Shown: positions 20,133-31,323 of the stretch, piece by piece
How positions within the stretch are numbered: position 1 is the stretch's first letter
Layout: the number at the start of each line of letters is the position of its first letter
Assembly (NCBI GenBank): GCA_041163175.1
Contig: JBEARM010000009.1
Span: 1 to 54,341 of the forward strand
DNA: 54,341 bases
From: Pseudomonadota bacterium
GTDB lineage: Bacteria; Pseudomonadota; Gammaproteobacteria; Burkholderiales; Burkholderiaceae_A
Direction: 5' to 3'
Notes under the pieces: model-generated
Seen by the model: only the letters and a program-made list of their open reading frames with translations
Told to the model about the DNA's origin: nothing
Database searches by the model: none
Translations under genes and position numbers: made by a program

Positions 20133-21109
20133 ACGATCAAGACCAGGGCCGACAAGACGCTGCGCAGACAGACCAGACGGCCCAGACCGTCATGGAGCGT
20201 CTGCTTTTTGAGACCCTGCGCGAGCAGCGGGCAGCCCGTCGGTGGGCCATGGCCCGGCGAGCCACCACCCTGGTGCTCATCCTTGGATTGGCGGGTTTCA
20301 TTGGAAGTCGCTGGGACGATGGCCCAGGCCCGATTGGGCGGCATACGGCCCTGGTCTCGCTTTCTGGAGTGATTGAGGCCGATGGTGAGGTCGATGCGCT
20401 CTTGGTGAACGATGCACTGCGGGCGGCCTTCGAGTCACCGGATGCCGCGGGCGTGCTGCTGAGAATGAACTCTCCAGGTGGCAGCCCTGTTCAGTCCGGG
20501 ATCATCTATGACGAGATCCGCCGGCTCAAGGCGCTCTACCCCGACAAGCAGGTGGTGGCGGTGGTCGAGGATGTCTGCGCGTCCGGCGGCTACTACGTGG
20601 CGGCAGCGGCCGACTCTATTTATGTCAATCAGGCCAGCCTCGTGGGCTCGATTGGTGTTCGGCTTGATGGCTTCGGGCTGACCGAGGCCATCAAAAAAAT
20701 GGGCATTGAGCGTCGGCTCTACACGGCGGGCTCCAACAAGGCCATGCTCGACCCATTCCTCCCCCAGGACCCAAAGCATCAGCGGGCCACCCAACAGATG
20801 CTCGATGACGTTCACCAGCAGTTCATCTCCGCCGTGCAGGCGGGGCGCAAGGATCGGCTCAAGGCCGATCCGGACATCTTCAGCGGCATGGTCTACACGG
20901 GCACCCGAAGCATTGAGCTGGGCCTGGCCGATGGCATTGGGTCTGTTGCCTCGGTGGCCCGAGACATCTTCAAGGCTGAAGAGATCGTCGACTACAGCTT
21001 TGAGCCCTCCGTCGCCGAGCGTGTGGCCAAGCGATTCGGAGCAGCAGCCGGTGAGACCGTGATGCGCGCTATGCGCTCAGGTGCAGGGGGCTCAAGCCCA
21101 ATTTGGTAA
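20129..21109 (+). CDS. S49-family peptidase (SppA-like)
   Basis: NSPGGSPVQS, CASGGYYVA, SLVGSIGV; one N-terminal TM segment. Confidence 0.92.
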   Translation: MNDQDQGRQDAAQTDQTAQTVMERLLFETLREQRAARRWAMARRATTLVLILGLAGFIGSRWDDGPGPIGRHTALVSLSGVIEADGEVDALLVNDALRAAFESPDAAGVLLRMNSPGGSPVQSGIIYDEIRRLKALYPDKQVVAVVEDVCASGGYYVAAAADSIYVNQASLVGSIGVRLDGFGLTEAIKKMGIERRLYTAGSNKAMLDPFLPQDPKHQRATQQMLDDVHQQFISAVQAGRKDRLKADPDIFSGMVYTGTRSIELGLADGIGSVASVARDIFKAEEIVDYSFEPSVAERVAKRFGAAAGETVMRAMRSGAGGSSPIW

Positions 21110-21662
21110 GGGCGGACTGGCAGCTGATGAGCGGCAGCCCAATGAGAGCTGTGGGATCATCGGTTTCGATTCGGGCGACAAGCGCCAGACCCAACCCCTC
21201 CGACTTCGCGGCGCCGGCGCAGTCAAGTGGCTGTTCGATCTCCACGTAGCGGGCGAGCACCGCATCGGTGAGCAGGGATGCCTCGCGCCAGAACACCCTT
21301 GTGGTCACGGTGTCCTCCCACAAGACCTCTGGGCCGCGCACAAAACAGACTGCAGTAAAAAATTCGGTGATCTGCCCACGTTGATGCTGAAGCTGCGCCA
21401 GGGCGGCCTCTGGAGTTCCCGGCTTGCCGAGCCGCTGTCTTGCGCAAATGGCCACCTGGTCAGAGCCGATCACGACCGCATCGGGGAATCGCGCTGACAC
21501 CGCCAGGGCCTTTTCCCGGGCCAGACGTTTGGCCATGGCGGCTGCAGGCTCATCGTTTTGCGCAGCCTCGTCGACGCCTGGCGCGGCAACCTCGAATGGG
21601 ACGCCGAGGCGGGTGAGCAGCGCTGCACGATATCGACTGGTGGAGGCGAGGATGATGGACAT
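21069..21662 (-). CDS. maf: Maf-family nucleotide pyrophosphatase (YceF/m7GTP type)
   Basis: ILASTSRYR, IGSDQ, LGKPG, DCAGAAKSEGLG, DPTALIGLP. Confidence 0.92.
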   Translation of the reverse strand: MSIILASTSRYRAALLTRLGVPFEVAAPGVDEAAQNDEPAAAMAKRLAREKALAVSARFPDAVVIGSDQVAICARQRLGKPGTPEAALAQLQHQRGQITEFFTAVCFVRGPEVLWEDTVTTRVFWREASLLTDAVLARYVEIEQPLDCAGAAKSEGLGLALVARIETDDPTALIGLPLISCQSALTKLGLSPLHLSA

Positions 21663-21683
21663 GCCGGCATTATGATGGTCCTC
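21663..21683. promoter_or_regulatory. 21-bp bidirectional promoter between maf and yceD
   Basis: ATTATGAT core: CATAAT-N6-ATG on minus, TATGAT-N7-ATG on plus; no room for an SD sequence. Confidence 0.65.
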
Positions 21684-22199
21684 ATGAGACACACGGCCAC
21701 ACTCGATCCAAACGAACTGTTTCAACTGCATCTCTTTCGGGCACGTTTCCCTGGCGGGGCAGTCTTTGAGGGATCCTTCGGCGAGGCTGACTTGCCCCGT
21801 CTGGACGCGTCTGGCCTAGGGCTGGATGGCGAGATGCGCTGGTCGGCTCACTTTTCTGATGACACCCTCATGCTGTCTGTGTCGGCCATGGTCTTGGCCC
21901 CCTGTGGCCGTTGCCTTCAGCCGGTTCGTTTTCCGCTCCAGGCCGATAAGCGTTTCCTTTGCTTTGAGACCGCAGCCGAGGCCGATGAGGCGCTCGATGT
22001 AGAGGAGGACGCCATCGAGACCCTCTCGAGCCAGGACGGCGCGAGCCTCATCTCACTCTGTGAGGACGAGGTGCTCCTGGCCGTGGGGGAGACCCCCTTG
22101 CATCCGGACTGCTCCATGCTGCCCACGGCCCAAGATTCTGGCGACAGCGAGCGGATCCGACCCTTCGCCGGGCTGGAAAAACTCCTACAAAAGAAGTAA
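21684..22199 (+). CDS. yceD: YceD/DUF177 ribosome-associated metal-binding protein
   Basis: CGRCL, EDEVLL, P-x-H-x2-C, RPFAGL; upstream of rpmF. Confidence 0.88.
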   Translation: MRHTATLDPNELFQLHLFRARFPGGAVFEGSFGEADLPRLDASGLGLDGEMRWSAHFSDDTLMLSVSAMVLAPCGRCLQPVRFPLQADKRFLCFETAAEADEALDVEEDAIETLSSQDGASLISLCEDEVLLAVGETPLHPDCSMLPTAQDSGDSERIRPFAGLEKLLQKK

Positions 22200-22249
22200 G
22201 CCGTTCGGGTATACTTGAGGGTTTTGAAGGCTCCCCCGGAGAGAGAACC

Positions 22250-22435
22250 ATGGCCGTTCAACAGAATAAGAAGTCGCCCTCAAAGCGGGGCATGCATCGC
22301 GCGCACGACTTCCTCAACAACCCACCCCTGGCGGTGGAACCCACCACGGGCGAAGTGCACCGTCGGCATCACATCAGCCCATCGGGCTATTACCGCGGCA
22401 AGAAGGTCGTCAAGACATCGGTTGCTGAGGTTTAA
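22250..22435 (+). CDS. rpmF: 50S ribosomal protein L32
   Basis: [20 protein letters not shown]...[11 protein letters not shown]; TATACT -10 at 22210-22215. Confidence 0.97.
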   Translation: MAVQQNKKSPSKRGMHRAHDFLNNPPLAVEPTTGEVHRRHHISPSGYYRGKKVVKTSVAEV

Positions 22436-22467
22436 ACCCAAGGCGTCGGCTTAGGCCCCGTTTAGGC

Positions 22468-23496
22468 TTGTCCGTCGAGTCTCCCCCGGCCATTCGCGTG
22501 GCCATCGACGCCATGGGAGGGGACCATGGCCTGGTGGTCACCATCCCTGCTGCGGTCGAGTTCCTCGAACGCAATCCCGGCGCCAGCGTGCTGCTGGTCG
22601 GCCAGGCGCCTCGCATCGAGGCAGCCTTGGGCGAGCAGTCCACCTTCCCCCAGCTCCAATCTCGCATTCAGATTCGCCACACCGACGAGGTGGTCGCCAT
22701 GGATGACCCGCCCGCCGTCGCGCTCAAGGGGAAGCGTCGCTCATCGATGCGACTCGCCCTCGAGGCCGTCTCCGACGGAGAAGCCCAAGCGGCTGTGAGC
22801 GCGGGCAACACGGGGGCACTCATGGCCATCTCGCGCTACGTGCTCAAGACGATCGAAGGAATCGATCGCCCGGCCATTGCGACCTCTCTACCCAATCGAA
22901 CGGGCGGCGCCACACTCATGCTCGACCTCGGCGCCAATGTCGATTGCTCCCCCGAGCACCTGGTTCAGTTCGCCATGATGGGTGCGGCCCTCGTCACCTC
23001 CCTGGGCGGAGAATCACGCCCCTCAATTGGCCTGCTCAATGTGGGCGAGGAGATCATCAAGGGGAACGAGACCGTGAAGCAGGCGGGCGAACTGCTCCGC
23101 GCCACAAGCCTGAATTTTGTGGGCAATGTTGAAGGCAACGATATTTTCAAAGGCACGGTGGACGTCATCGTCTGCGATGGTTTTGTGGGCAATGTGGCCC
23201 TCAAGACCTCCGAGGGCCTGGCCCAGATGATGGGAGGCTTCCTGAAGAAGGAGTTCACCCAGAGCTGGTTCACGAGGCTGCTGGCGTTGGCTGCACGTCC
23301 CGTCCTCAAGCGCTTTGCAAGGCGGGTCGACCACCGACGCTACAACGGAGCGGCCCTGCTGGGCCTGCGTGGCATTGTCTTCAAGAGCCATGGCTCAGCC
23401 GATGCTTACGCCTTTCGGCATGCACTCGATCGGGCAGCAGAGGCGGCAAGCCATGGCCTGAACCAACGCATTGCTCAGGCCCTTCTCGCCGGCTGA
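22468..23496 (+). CDS. plsX: Phosphate acyltransferase
   Basis: [38 protein letters not shown]. Confidence 0.96.
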   Translation: MSVESPPAIRVAIDAMGGDHGLVVTIPAAVEFLERNPGASVLLVGQAPRIEAALGEQSTFPQLQSRIQIRHTDEVVAMDDPPAVALKGKRRSSMRLALEAVSDGEAQAAVSAGNTGALMAISRYVLKTIEGIDRPAIATSLPNRTGGATLMLDLGANVDCSPEHLVQFAMMGAALVTSLGGESRPSIGLLNVGEEIIKGNETVKQAGELLRATSLNFVGNVEGNDIFKGTVDVIVCDGFVGNVALKTSEGLAQMMGGFLKKEFTQSWFTRLLALAARPVLKRFARRVDHRRYNGAALLGLRGIVFKSHGSADAYAFRHALDRAAEAASHGLNQRIAQALLAG

Positions 23497-23503
23497 TCAA
23501 CCC

Positions 23504-24514
23504 ATGACAACCCCCATGCCTTACTCACAGATCATCGGCTCGGGGCAGGCCCTGCCGGGTGAGCCGGTCTCGAATGCCCAGCTGGCCGATAGGCTTGCAG
23601 CGCGCGGCATCGAGACATCCGACCAGTGGATTCAAGAGCGTACGGGCATTGCCCAGCGTTACATCGCGCCCGATGGTGTTTTCTCGAGCGACCTTGCAGC
23701 CCAGGCAGCGCGTCAGGCCATGGATGACGCAGGTGTTGCGCCCTCCGAGATCGACCTGCTCATTGTCGCAACCTCCACGCCCGACATGATCTTCCCGTCC
23801 ACCGCCTGCCTGGTTCAGCAAAAGCTCGGCATCTCGCAGGGGATGGCGTTTGACGTGCAGGCCGTCTGCAGTGGGTTCGTCTACGCCCTGGCCACCGCCG
23901 ACCTTTACATTCGCATGGGCAAGGCCAAGACGGCCTTGGTCATCGGTGCAGAGGTGTTTTCGAGAATTCTCGACTGGAGCGACCGGGGCACCTGCGTGCT
24001 CTTTGGTGATGGTGCAGGGGCCATGCTTCTCCGTGCTGGCGATGCACCGGGCATCCTGGCACACCGCCTTCACGCCAAGGGGCAGCATGCCGATATTCTT
24101 CAGACAGCTGGGTCCATTCAGCATGGTGCAGCCATGGGCCATCCCTTTCTCACCATGGATGGGCAGGCGGTCTTCAAGCTGGCCGTTGAGGTCTTGGAGT
24201 CCTCGGCTCGAGAGGTCTTGGCCGATGCCAACATGACTGCGGACCAGGTCGACTGGCTCATTCCCCATCAGGCCAATATTCGAATTCTTCAGTTCACTGC
24301 GCGCCGAATGGGCCTTCCCTTCGAGCGGGTGATTGCCACCGTAGGCCGACACGCCAACACGTCTGCTGCATCGGTGCCCTTGGCCTTCGACACTGCGCGG
24401 CGGGATGGCCGCCTTCGCAAGGGCCAGACGGTGCTCATGCAGGGTGTGGGTGGCGGCTTTACCTGGGGGGCTGTGCTCGCCCGACTCACACACGATTCAA
24501 TGTCATCAGCGTAA
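23504..24514 (+). CDS. fabH: 3-oxoacyl-ACP synthase III
   Basis: [33 protein letters not shown]. Confidence 0.96.
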   Translation: MTTPMPYSQIIGSGQALPGEPVSNAQLADRLAARGIETSDQWIQERTGIAQRYIAPDGVFSSDLAAQAARQAMDDAGVAPSEIDLLIVATSTPDMIFPSTACLVQQKLGISQGMAFDVQAVCSGFVYALATADLYIRMGKAKTALVIGAEVFSRILDWSDRGTCVLFGDGAGAMLLRAGDAPGILAHRLHAKGQHADILQTAGSIQHGAAMGHPFLTMDGQAVFKLAVEVLESSAREVLADANMTADQVDWLIPHQANIRILQFTARRMGLPFERVIATVGRHANTSAASVPLAFDTARRDGRLRKGQTVLMQGVGGGFTWGAVLARLTHDSMSSA

Positions 24515-24524
24515 GGAATTTTGG

Positions 24525-25463
24525 ATGTCTGCCTCGATCGCTTTTCTATTTCCAGGCCAAGGCTCCCAGACCGTGGGCATGCTCGGGGGCTTCTCCGACA
24601 ACAACACCGTTGCCTCGGTAATGGATACAGCCTCGGCCGCCCTGGGCGAAGACCTCGCCGCCATGGTGGCCAACGGCCCAGCGGAGTCACTTGGCCTGAC
24701 CGTGAACACCCAGCCCGTGATGCTGGCCTGCAGCGTGGCCTTCTTTGAGGCCTATCGCGCAGCCGGGGGGCGGATGCCCACGCATGCGGCCGGCCACAGC
24801 CTGGGCGAGTACGCTGCGCTCACCGCTGCGGGCGTGTTCTCCCTGGCCGATGCGGTGCGCACGGTTCGATTTCGTGCCGAGCAGATGCAGGCGGCCGTGC
24901 CGGTGGGCACTGGCGGGATGGCCGCCATTCTCGGGCTGTCGGCATCCGAGGTTGATCAGCACTGCCGTGCACACAGCTGTGCGGGTGCCATTGTTGAGGC
25001 GGTGAACTTCAACGCGCCCGATCAGACCGTGATCGCAGGCCACCTGCCTGCGGTCCAGGCTGCCTGCGATGCCCTGAAGGCAGCGGGGGCCAAGCGGGCC
25101 ATCCTGCTTCCGGTGTCAGCCCCCTTTCATGCCAGCCTTCTCGAGCCAGCTGCCCAGGCCTTGGAGCAGCGGCTCTCGGCGCTCTCGCTTGGCAGCCCAG
25201 CATTTACGGTGCTCCATAACGTCGATGTCCAGCCCCATGCAGCCGCCCAAGACATTCGGCAGGCCCTTGCGCTGCAGGCCATGCGACCGGTTCGTTGGGT
25301 GGAGACCATCGAGGCCATGGTGGCCCAGGGTGTTCAGACCATGGTCGAATGCGGCCCTGGCAAGGTGCTGTCGGGCCTCGTCAAGCGCATTGCCCCAGAG
25401 GTGCGCATGCTCAACATCCTGGACCAGGCCAGCCTTGAGCAGACCTTGGAGGCCACAGCATGA
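24525..25463 (+). CDS. fabD: Malonyl-CoA:ACP transacylase
   Basis: FPGQGSQ, GHSLGEY, VSAPFH. Confidence 0.96.
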   Translation: MSASIAFLFPGQGSQTVGMLGGFSDNNTVASVMDTASAALGEDLAAMVANGPAESLGLTVNTQPVMLACSVAFFEAYRAAGGRMPTHAAGHSLGEYAALTAAGVFSLADAVRTVRFRAEQMQAAVPVGTGGMAAILGLSASEVDQHCRAHSCAGAIVEAVNFNAPDQTVIAGHLPAVQAACDALKAAGAKRAILLPVSAPFHASLLEPAAQALEQRLSALSLGSPAFTVLHNVDVQPHAAAQDIRQALALQAMRPVRWVETIEAMVAQGVQTMVECGPGKVLSGLVKRIAPEVRMLNILDQASLEQTLEATA

Positions 25464-26194
25464 CGCGAGTTGCATTGGTAACCGGCGCAAGCCGGGGAAT
25501 TGGTCAGGCCATTGCAGAGGGGCTGGCCCAGGCGGGCCACATGGTGGTGGGGACTGCCACCACCGATGATGGTGCGAAGGCCATCTCGGCGCAGGCACTG
25601 GCCAAAGGGCTCACCATCCATGGTGAGCGGCTGCAGGTCAACGAGCCTGGTGCGATTGAGGCCATCGTCGCCAAGGTGTCGGCCGACCATGGCAGCCTCG
25701 ACATCCTTGTGAACAATGCTGGCATTACGCGAGACAACCTCGCCATGCGCATGAAGGATGAGGAGTGGGACGCGGTCATCGAGACCAACCTCAGCAGTGT
25801 CTTCAGGCTCTGCAGAGCAGTGCTTCGGCCCATGATGAAGGCGCGTTGGGGCCGCATCATCAACATCACCTCGGTCGTGGGTGAGATCGGGAACGCTGGT
25901 CAGGCCAATTACGCTGCGGCCAAGGCCGGGGTGGCTGGCATGACGAGGGCCCTGGCCCGTGAGGTGGGCAGTCGCGGCATCACTGTCAATGCGGTGGCGC
26001 CAGGGTTCATCGACACCGACATGACCCGAGGGTTGTCCCCAGAGCAGGTGGCTGCACTCACCGCCCAGATCCCGCTCCAACGTCTTGGAAATGTCGTCGA
26101 TATTTCGTCTTCTGTCGTCTTTTTGGCCTCAGAGGGCGCTGGCTATATCACCGGCGAGACGCTTAGCGTCAACGGTGGCATGGCCATGTCCTGA
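25460..26194 (+). CDS. fabG: 3-oxoacyl-ACP reductase
   Basis: [21 protein letters not shown]. Confidence 0.96.
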   Translation: MTRVALVTGASRGIGQAIAEGLAQAGHMVVGTATTDDGAKAISAQALAKGLTIHGERLQVNEPGAIEAIVAKVSADHGSLDILVNNAGITRDNLAMRMKDEEWDAVIETNLSSVFRLCRAVLRPMMKARWGRIINITSVVGEIGNAGQANYAAAKAGVAGMTRALAREVGSRGITVNAVAPGFIDTDMTRGLSPEQVAALTAQIPLQRLGNVVDISSSVVFLASEGAGYITGETLSVNGGMAMS

Positions 26195-26243
26195 TACAAT
26201 CTCGTCGCTGTATACCCCTTGGTTCACCACAGGAAAGAAGAAC

Positions 26244-26483
26244 ATGGAAGACATCGAGAAGCGCGTCAAAGCAATCGTCTCGGAGCAGCTTGGCGTCAAA
26301 CTTGAAGACATCAAGACCGAGTCCAAATTCGTCGACGACCTTGGGGCCGATTCCCTCGACACCGTTGAGCTGGTGATGGCGCTTGAAGACGCGTTCGAGT
26401 GTGAGATTCCCGACGAAGAGGCCGAGAAGATCACCACCGTTCAGCAGGCCATCGACTACATCAATAACAACCTCAAGAAGTAG
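26244..26483 (+). CDS. acpP: Acyl carrier protein
   Basis: [14 protein letters not shown]; internal -10 TACAAT at 26195-26200. Confidence 0.97.
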   Translation: MEDIEKRVKAIVSEQLGVKLEDIKTESKFVDDLGADSLDTVELVMALEDAFECEIPDEEAEKITTVQQAIDYINNNLKK

Positions 26484-26498
26484 GTTCGCCTCCCCGCC

Positions 26499-27746
26499 GT
26501 GTCGTCTCCTCATTCGCAACGGCGCCGGGTGGTGGTTACCGGCCTCGGTTGCGTTTCTCCTGTTGGCAATTCCGTCGCCGAGTCCTGGCAGTCGCTCATG
26601 TCGGGGCGTACAGGCATTGCCAACATCACCCGCTTCGATGCCTCGGGCCTGTCCGTCCACTTCGCGGGCGAGGTCAAGGGCTTCAATATCGAAGACTATG
26701 TGGCGGCCAAAGAGGCGCGCCACATGGATGTCTTCATCCATTACGGCATTGCGGCGGGCCTTCAGGCCCTCGATGACTCTGGACTTGAGGTCACGGAGGC
26801 AAACGCAGAGCGCCTTGGTGTGATGGTGGGCTCGGGCATCGGTGGCCTTCCGATGATCGAAGATACGCACTCGGAATACACCAACCGCGGGGCCCGACGC
26901 ATTTCGCCATTTTTTGTGCCCGGTTCCATCATCAATATGATCTCGGGCCACATCAGCATTCTTCGGGGCCTCAAGGGCCCCAATTTGGCGGCTGTGACCG
27001 CCTGCACCACGGGCTTACACAGCCTTGGGCTGGCCGCTCGCCTAATTCAGTACGGCGATGCCGATGTCATGGTGGCGGGTGGGGCCGAGTCCACCATCTC
27101 GCCGTTGGGTGTCGGTGGGTTTGCTGCGGCAAGGGCCCTCTCAACCCGCAATGACGACCCCGCCACGGCATCTCGACCCTGGGACAAGGGCCGGGACGGC
27201 TTCGTACTGGGGGAGGGCGCTGGGGTGATGGTGCTTGAGGAATACGAGCATGCCAAGGCTCGAGGCGCCAAGATCTACGCAGAGCTCTCTGGCGTTGGCT
27301 TCTCGGGCGATGCCTTTCACATGACCGCACCCAACATGGACGGCCCCCGGCGCTGCATGTTGGCAGCCCTTCGAGATGCTGGCGTGAGCCCCGATGCAGT
27401 GGATTACATCAACGCGCACGGGACCTCGACGCCGCTGGGAGACAAGAACGAGACAGATGCCATTAAGGCCGCCTTTGGCGCCCACGCGGGCCGGCTGGTG
27501 GTCAACTCCACCAAATCCATGACGGGCCATTTGTTGGGCGGGGCGGGAGGTGTGGAGGCGGTCTTCACAGTGCTGGCCATCCACCATCAGGCCAGCCCCC
27601 CCACCATCAATATCTTTGAGCAAGACCCAGAGTGCGACCTCGACTACTGCGCAAACCAAGGCCGAGACATGGCCATCGGCGTGGCGGTCAAGAATAATTT
27701 TGGGTTTGGCGGCACCAACGGCACCCTGGTCTTTGCGCGGGTCTGA
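26499..27746 (+). CDS. fabF: 3-oxoacyl-ACP synthase II
   Basis: RRVVVTGLG, TACTTG, NAHGTST, TGHLLG, FGFGGTN. Confidence 0.96.
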   Translation: MSSPHSQRRRVVVTGLGCVSPVGNSVAESWQSLMSGRTGIANITRFDASGLSVHFAGEVKGFNIEDYVAAKEARHMDVFIHYGIAAGLQALDDSGLEVTEANAERLGVMVGSGIGGLPMIEDTHSEYTNRGARRISPFFVPGSIINMISGHISILRGLKGPNLAAVTACTTGLHSLGLAARLIQYGDADVMVAGGAESTISPLGVGGFAAARALSTRNDDPATASRPWDKGRDGFVLGEGAGVMVLEEYEHAKARGAKIYAELSGVGFSGDAFHMTAPNMDGPRRCMLAALRDAGVSPDAVDYINAHGTSTPLGDKNETDAIKAAFGAHAGRLVVNSTKSMTGHLLGGAGGVEAVFTVLAIHHQASPPTINIFEQDPECDLDYCANQGRDMAIGVAVKNNFGFGGTNGTLVFARV

Positions 27747-27748
27747 TC

Positions 27749-28357
27749 GTGTCTGAGCGCGACACCGACCAACTGCTGGTCGAGCGGGTTCAGGCCGGGG
27801 ACAAGAAGGCCTTCGACCTACTCGTATCAAAGTACCACCGCAAGGTCATTCGCCTGATCTCCCGGCTGGTGAGAGACCCCGCCGAGGTTGAGGATATTGC
27901 CCAAGAGGCCTTCATCAAGGCCTACCGCTCCATGTCTCAGTTTCGAGGCGACAGCGCCTTCTACACCTGGTTGTATCGGATCGCTGTAAACACGGCAAAA
28001 AATGCGCTGGTCTCATCGAACCGGCGCCCAGTTCCGTTGTCTGACCTTACGAGATCTGACGACGACGGAGATGCAGGGCCCTGGATTCCTGAGGCCGGCA
28101 TCGACAGTCAGACGCCAGAGGCCATGTTGTCCTCCCGGCAGGTTGCACAAACGGTAGACAAGGCGATGCAGGCCTTGGCACCAGACCTCCGGACGGCCAT
28201 CATGCTTCGTGAAATTGAAGGGCTGAGTTATGAGGAAATCGCAGAGGCCATGAACTGTCCAATCGGTACCGTTCGATCCCGCATTTTTCGTGCGCGGGAG
28301 GCCATTGCCCTTGAGCTTCGGCCACTGCTCGACACGCCCGACGATAAACGCTGGTAG
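27749..28357 (+). CDS. rpoE: ECF sigma factor RpoE
   Basis: DIAQEAFIKAYR, FYTWLYRIAVN, CPIGTVRSRIFRAR. Confidence 0.96.
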   Translation: MSERDTDQLLVERVQAGDKKAFDLLVSKYHRKVIRLISRLVRDPAEVEDIAQEAFIKAYRSMSQFRGDSAFYTWLYRIAVNTAKNALVSSNRRPVPLSDLTRSDDDGDAGPWIPEAGIDSQTPEAMLSSRQVAQTVDKAMQALAPDLRTAIMLREIEGLSYEEIAEAMNCPIGTVRSRIFRAREAIALELRPLLDTPDDKRW

Positions 28358-28365
28358 GAGAACCC

Positions 28366-28926
28366 ATGCTGCCCATCGACCCCGCCGACCGTGCCAATAT
28401 CTCTGCCCTCCTCGATGGTGAACTCACCTCGCAGGAGGCCAGACAGGTCATGGAGGCCATCGCCTCCGATCACGGCCGCCAGGCCGACTTCCACGCCTAC
28501 AGCCTCATTGGAGACGCACTGCGTGGTCAGTTGGCTGGCGCCACGTCGTCCGCATTTGTCTCCCAGGTGTCGGCCCGTCTCGCAGACGAACCGACCGTTC
28601 TGGCGCCTCGTGTCCGCCGCAGCAAGGTGTCCGTGGGCTGGCGAGGCGCAATTGCTGCCTCGGTTGCCGCCGTGGGGTTCGTGTCCGCTGTGGTACTCGT
28701 GGGAGTAGAGCCCCTGGGGCCTGCAGGCACAGGGTCGTTCACCCAGGCTCAGGCGCCCACTCAGGCTCCGTCTTCGGGCCAGGGCATCGGTGCCTTGCCG
28801 GTGGTGGGGCCTCCCAATGTGGCTGTGCTGAGGGCGTCGCTGGAGGATCCCCACACCCAGTCTCTCCTCGAGTCTCACGGTTCGATGATCACGCGGCTGC
28901 GGATGACCCAGGAGGCCCGTCCTTGA
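28366..28926 (+). CDS. rseA: Anti-sigma-E factor RseA/MucA
   Basis: ISALLDGE, YSLIGDALR, EPTVLAP, TM segment AIAASVAA. Confidence 0.9.
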   Translation: MLPIDPADRANISALLDGELTSQEARQVMEAIASDHGRQADFHAYSLIGDALRGQLAGATSSAFVSQVSARLADEPTVLAPRVRRSKVSVGWRGAIAASVAAVGFVSAVVLVGVEPLGPAGTGSFTQAQAPTQAPSSGQGIGALPVVGPPNVAVLRASLEDPHTQSLLESHGSMITRLRMTQEARP

Positions 28927-29864
28927 AGATTTGGCCCTTGGCGGCGCTGGCCCTGGCCTCCGCTGGAAGCGCCCTGGCCGCCAGCCCCGTCGACCACCCC
29001 ACCGAACAGCTCATCCGCGTGCATCAGGCGGCCTCCTCTCTGAGCTTTGCCGGCACCTATGTTCACAGCCATGGTGAGGGGCTCTTTACTGCGAAGATTT
29101 ACCAGCAGGTCGATCGTGCACGTCCCACGGTGAGAATTGTGTCTTTGGATGGAGAGCCTCGTGAGGTCATTCGCTCCTCAGACGGCATCAAGACATTCAT
29201 CCCGGAGCAGAAGACGGTGCGCGTGTCGCCCATGGTTCCAAGACTGGCCGATTTTCCTGCCTTGCTTCATGGGGCGCCGGAGGACGTGCTGGTCCACTAT
29301 CGCCTGAAGGTGTCGCCGGGCAAGCGCGTGGCCGGGCTACCGACCGACAAGATCGAACTCGAGCCCGTTGACGCGCATCGGTATGCTTGGCGCTATTGGG
29401 TCGACCGAAAAACAGGTCTGCTGCTGAAGTCCCAGCAGATGCACCCCGATGGCCGCGTGCTCGCTGAGCTCGCCTTCACGGAGCTCAAGGTCGGGAAAAA
29501 GGTCACGGCTCGCTCGCGCTACGAGGGGCAGCCTGGCTGGACCCAGAAGCTGGAGGACCGAGCCCCAATGGCTGATCAGGAGTTGCGAGGCCTGCCCACA
29601 TACGGTGGCTTCAAGCCCGTGTCCGGCCTTCGCTCTCCCGATGGCCAGCGCCGCCAAATCTTCTTCTCCGACGGCTTGGCCCGCATCTCGGTCTTCATGG
29701 AGGCCAATGTCTTACAGGCACCCCATTTGCCAGCGGAGTCGCCTGGCGGCACCAGCATTGCGGCGGTGCGCCATAACAATTGGCTGATCACTGCAATCGG
29801 TGAGGTTCCCCTGCCCACCGCGGTGGCGTTGGCCCAAAAGGTCTCTCCAGATCCCTTACCCTAA
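28923..29864 (+). CDS. rseB: Sigma-E regulator RseB/MucB
   Basis: Signal peptide, LDGEPREV, FSDGLARISVF, IGEVP; synteny. Confidence 0.88.
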   Translation: MKIWPLAALALASAGSALAASPVDHPTEQLIRVHQAASSLSFAGTYVHSHGEGLFTAKIYQQVDRARPTVRIVSLDGEPREVIRSSDGIKTFIPEQKTVRVSPMVPRLADFPALLHGAPEDVLVHYRLKVSPGKRVAGLPTDKIELEPVDAHRYAWRYWVDRKTGLLLKSQQMHPDGRVLAELAFTELKVGKKVTARSRYEGQPGWTQKLEDRAPMADQELRGLPTYGGFKPVSGLRSPDGQRRQIFFSDGLARISVFMEANVLQAPHLPAESPGGTSIAAVRHNNWLITAIGEVPLPTAVALAQKVSPDPLP

Positions 29865-29894
29865 GCGGCACACCAAACCGAAAGAGGATTGACC

Positions 29895-31322
29895 ATGCAT
29901 CCCTCCATGTTGTTGAGCCGATCCACCGGCTGGGCGTTGTCCATTGCCATGGCCGTCTGTGTGGCTGCGCTGTCACCGGCCCAGGCGCGACTCCCAGATT
30001 TCACTGAACTGGTTGAGAAGGCTGGTCCGGCCGTGGTGAACATTCGAACGGTTGAGAAGGCCAAGCCGGCCATGCGCGGGCCCATGCCCCAGCTCGATGA
30101 GAACGACCCCTTCTACGAGTTCTTTCGCCGATTCGCGCCCCCGGGCCATCCTGGCTTTGGCGGCCCGCCGTCTGAGGATGGTGAGCAGCAGCGTCCTCGA
30201 GGGGTGGGGTCGGGCTTCATCGTCTCGCCTGATGGCTACCTTCTCTCGAACCATCATGTGGTCGAGGGGGCCGACGAGATCATCGTGACCCTAACAGACA
30301 AGCGTGAGTTCAAGGCCAAGCTGATCGGCTCCGACCGCAGAACGGACATCGCGCTGCTGAAGATTGACGCCTCCGCGCTGCCCACCCTGAAGTTTGGGCA
30401 GCCTGACAAGCTCAAGGTGGGTGAGTGGGTCCTGGCGATTGGGTCACCCTTCGGTTTAGAGAACACTGTCACAGCGGGCATTGTGAGTGCGAAGGGCCGT
30501 GACACCGGCGACTACCTGCCGTTCATCCAGACCGATGTGGCCGTGAACCCGGGCAACTCCGGGGGGCCGCTGCTGAACATGGACGGCGAGGTCATTGGCA
30601 TTAACTCCCAGATTTACAGCCGAACGGGTGGCTTCATGGGAATCTCATTTGCCATCCCAATCGATGAGGCCCAACGGGTGGCTGACCAACTCAGGGCTGG
30701 TGGCCGGGTGGTCCGAGGCCGGATCGGCGTGGCCATCGACGAGGTCTCTCGGGATGTGGCCGAGGCCCTAGGCCTCAAGGCTGCTGCAGGCGCCTTGGTT
30801 CGGAGTGTGGAAGAGGGTGGTCCAGCCGCCAAGGCTGGCGTGGAGCCTGGTGACATCATCACGCGATTTGGCGGAAAAAAGGTCGAGAAATTCTCTGATC
30901 TTCCCCGACTGGTGGGCAACACCAAGCCAGGTACGCAGTCGAGCCTGGAGGTCTGGCGGCGTGGCCAGGCCAAGAGCTTGAGCGTGAACGTGGCCGAACT
31001 GGAGCCAGAGCGAACGGCGGCGGCGCCATCTCTGCCGGAGAAACCGCCCGTGGAAAAGGCAGTGAATTGGCTTGGGCTCTCCGTGACGGGGGTTGAGAAG
31101 TCAGCCAATAAGAAGGGTGAAGGGGTGCTGGTGTCCGGGGTCAAAGGGCCTGCGGAACGGGCTGGATTGCGCCAGGGTGACATAATCTTGTCGGTGAACA
31201 ACACCCAGATTGCTTCGGTGCAACAATTTGCACAGTTGGTAGAGCGCCTCGACCGTAAAAAGGTGGTGGCGTTTTTGGTCCGACGCGGCGAGGGTGTCTT
31301 ATTCGTCCCCGTCCGGCCCTAG
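29895..31322 (+). CDS. DegP/DegQ (MucD) periplasmic serine protease with two PDZ domains
   Basis: [24 protein letters not shown]. Confidence 0.94.
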   Translation: MHPSMLLSRSTGWALSIAMAVCVAALSPAQARLPDFTELVEKAGPAVVNIRTVEKAKPAMRGPMPQLDENDPFYEFFRRFAPPGHPGFGGPPSEDGEQQRPRGVGSGFIVSPDGYLLSNHHVVEGADEIIVTLTDKREFKAKLIGSDRRTDIALLKIDASALPTLKFGQPDKLKVGEWVLAIGSPFGLENTVTAGIVSAKGRDTGDYLPFIQTDVAVNPGNSGGPLLNMDGEVIGINSQIYSRTGGFMGISFAIPIDEAQRVADQLRAGGRVVRGRIGVAIDEVSRDVAEALGLKAAAGALVRSVEEGGPAAKAGVEPGDIITRFGGKKVEKFSDLPRLVGNTKPGTQSSLEVWRRGQAKSLSVNVAELEPERTAAAPSLPEKPPVEKAVNWLGLSVTGVEKSANKKGEGVLVSGVKGPAERAGLRQGDIILSVNNTQIASVQQFAQLVERLDRKKVVAFLVRRGEGVLFVPVRP

Positions 31323-31323
31323 C

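Noticed and set aside
23525-24493. Long antisense ORFs (e.g. 322 aa opposite fabH, 305 aa opposite rne, 280 aa opposite parC)
   Set aside because: Shadow ORFs expected from GC-rich codon bias; no motifs or RBS.
28251-28277. SigmaE promoter inside rpoE (TGAACTG-N15-TCGAT)
   Set aside because: Weak match, off spacing, and explained by the conserved MNCPIGTVRS codons.
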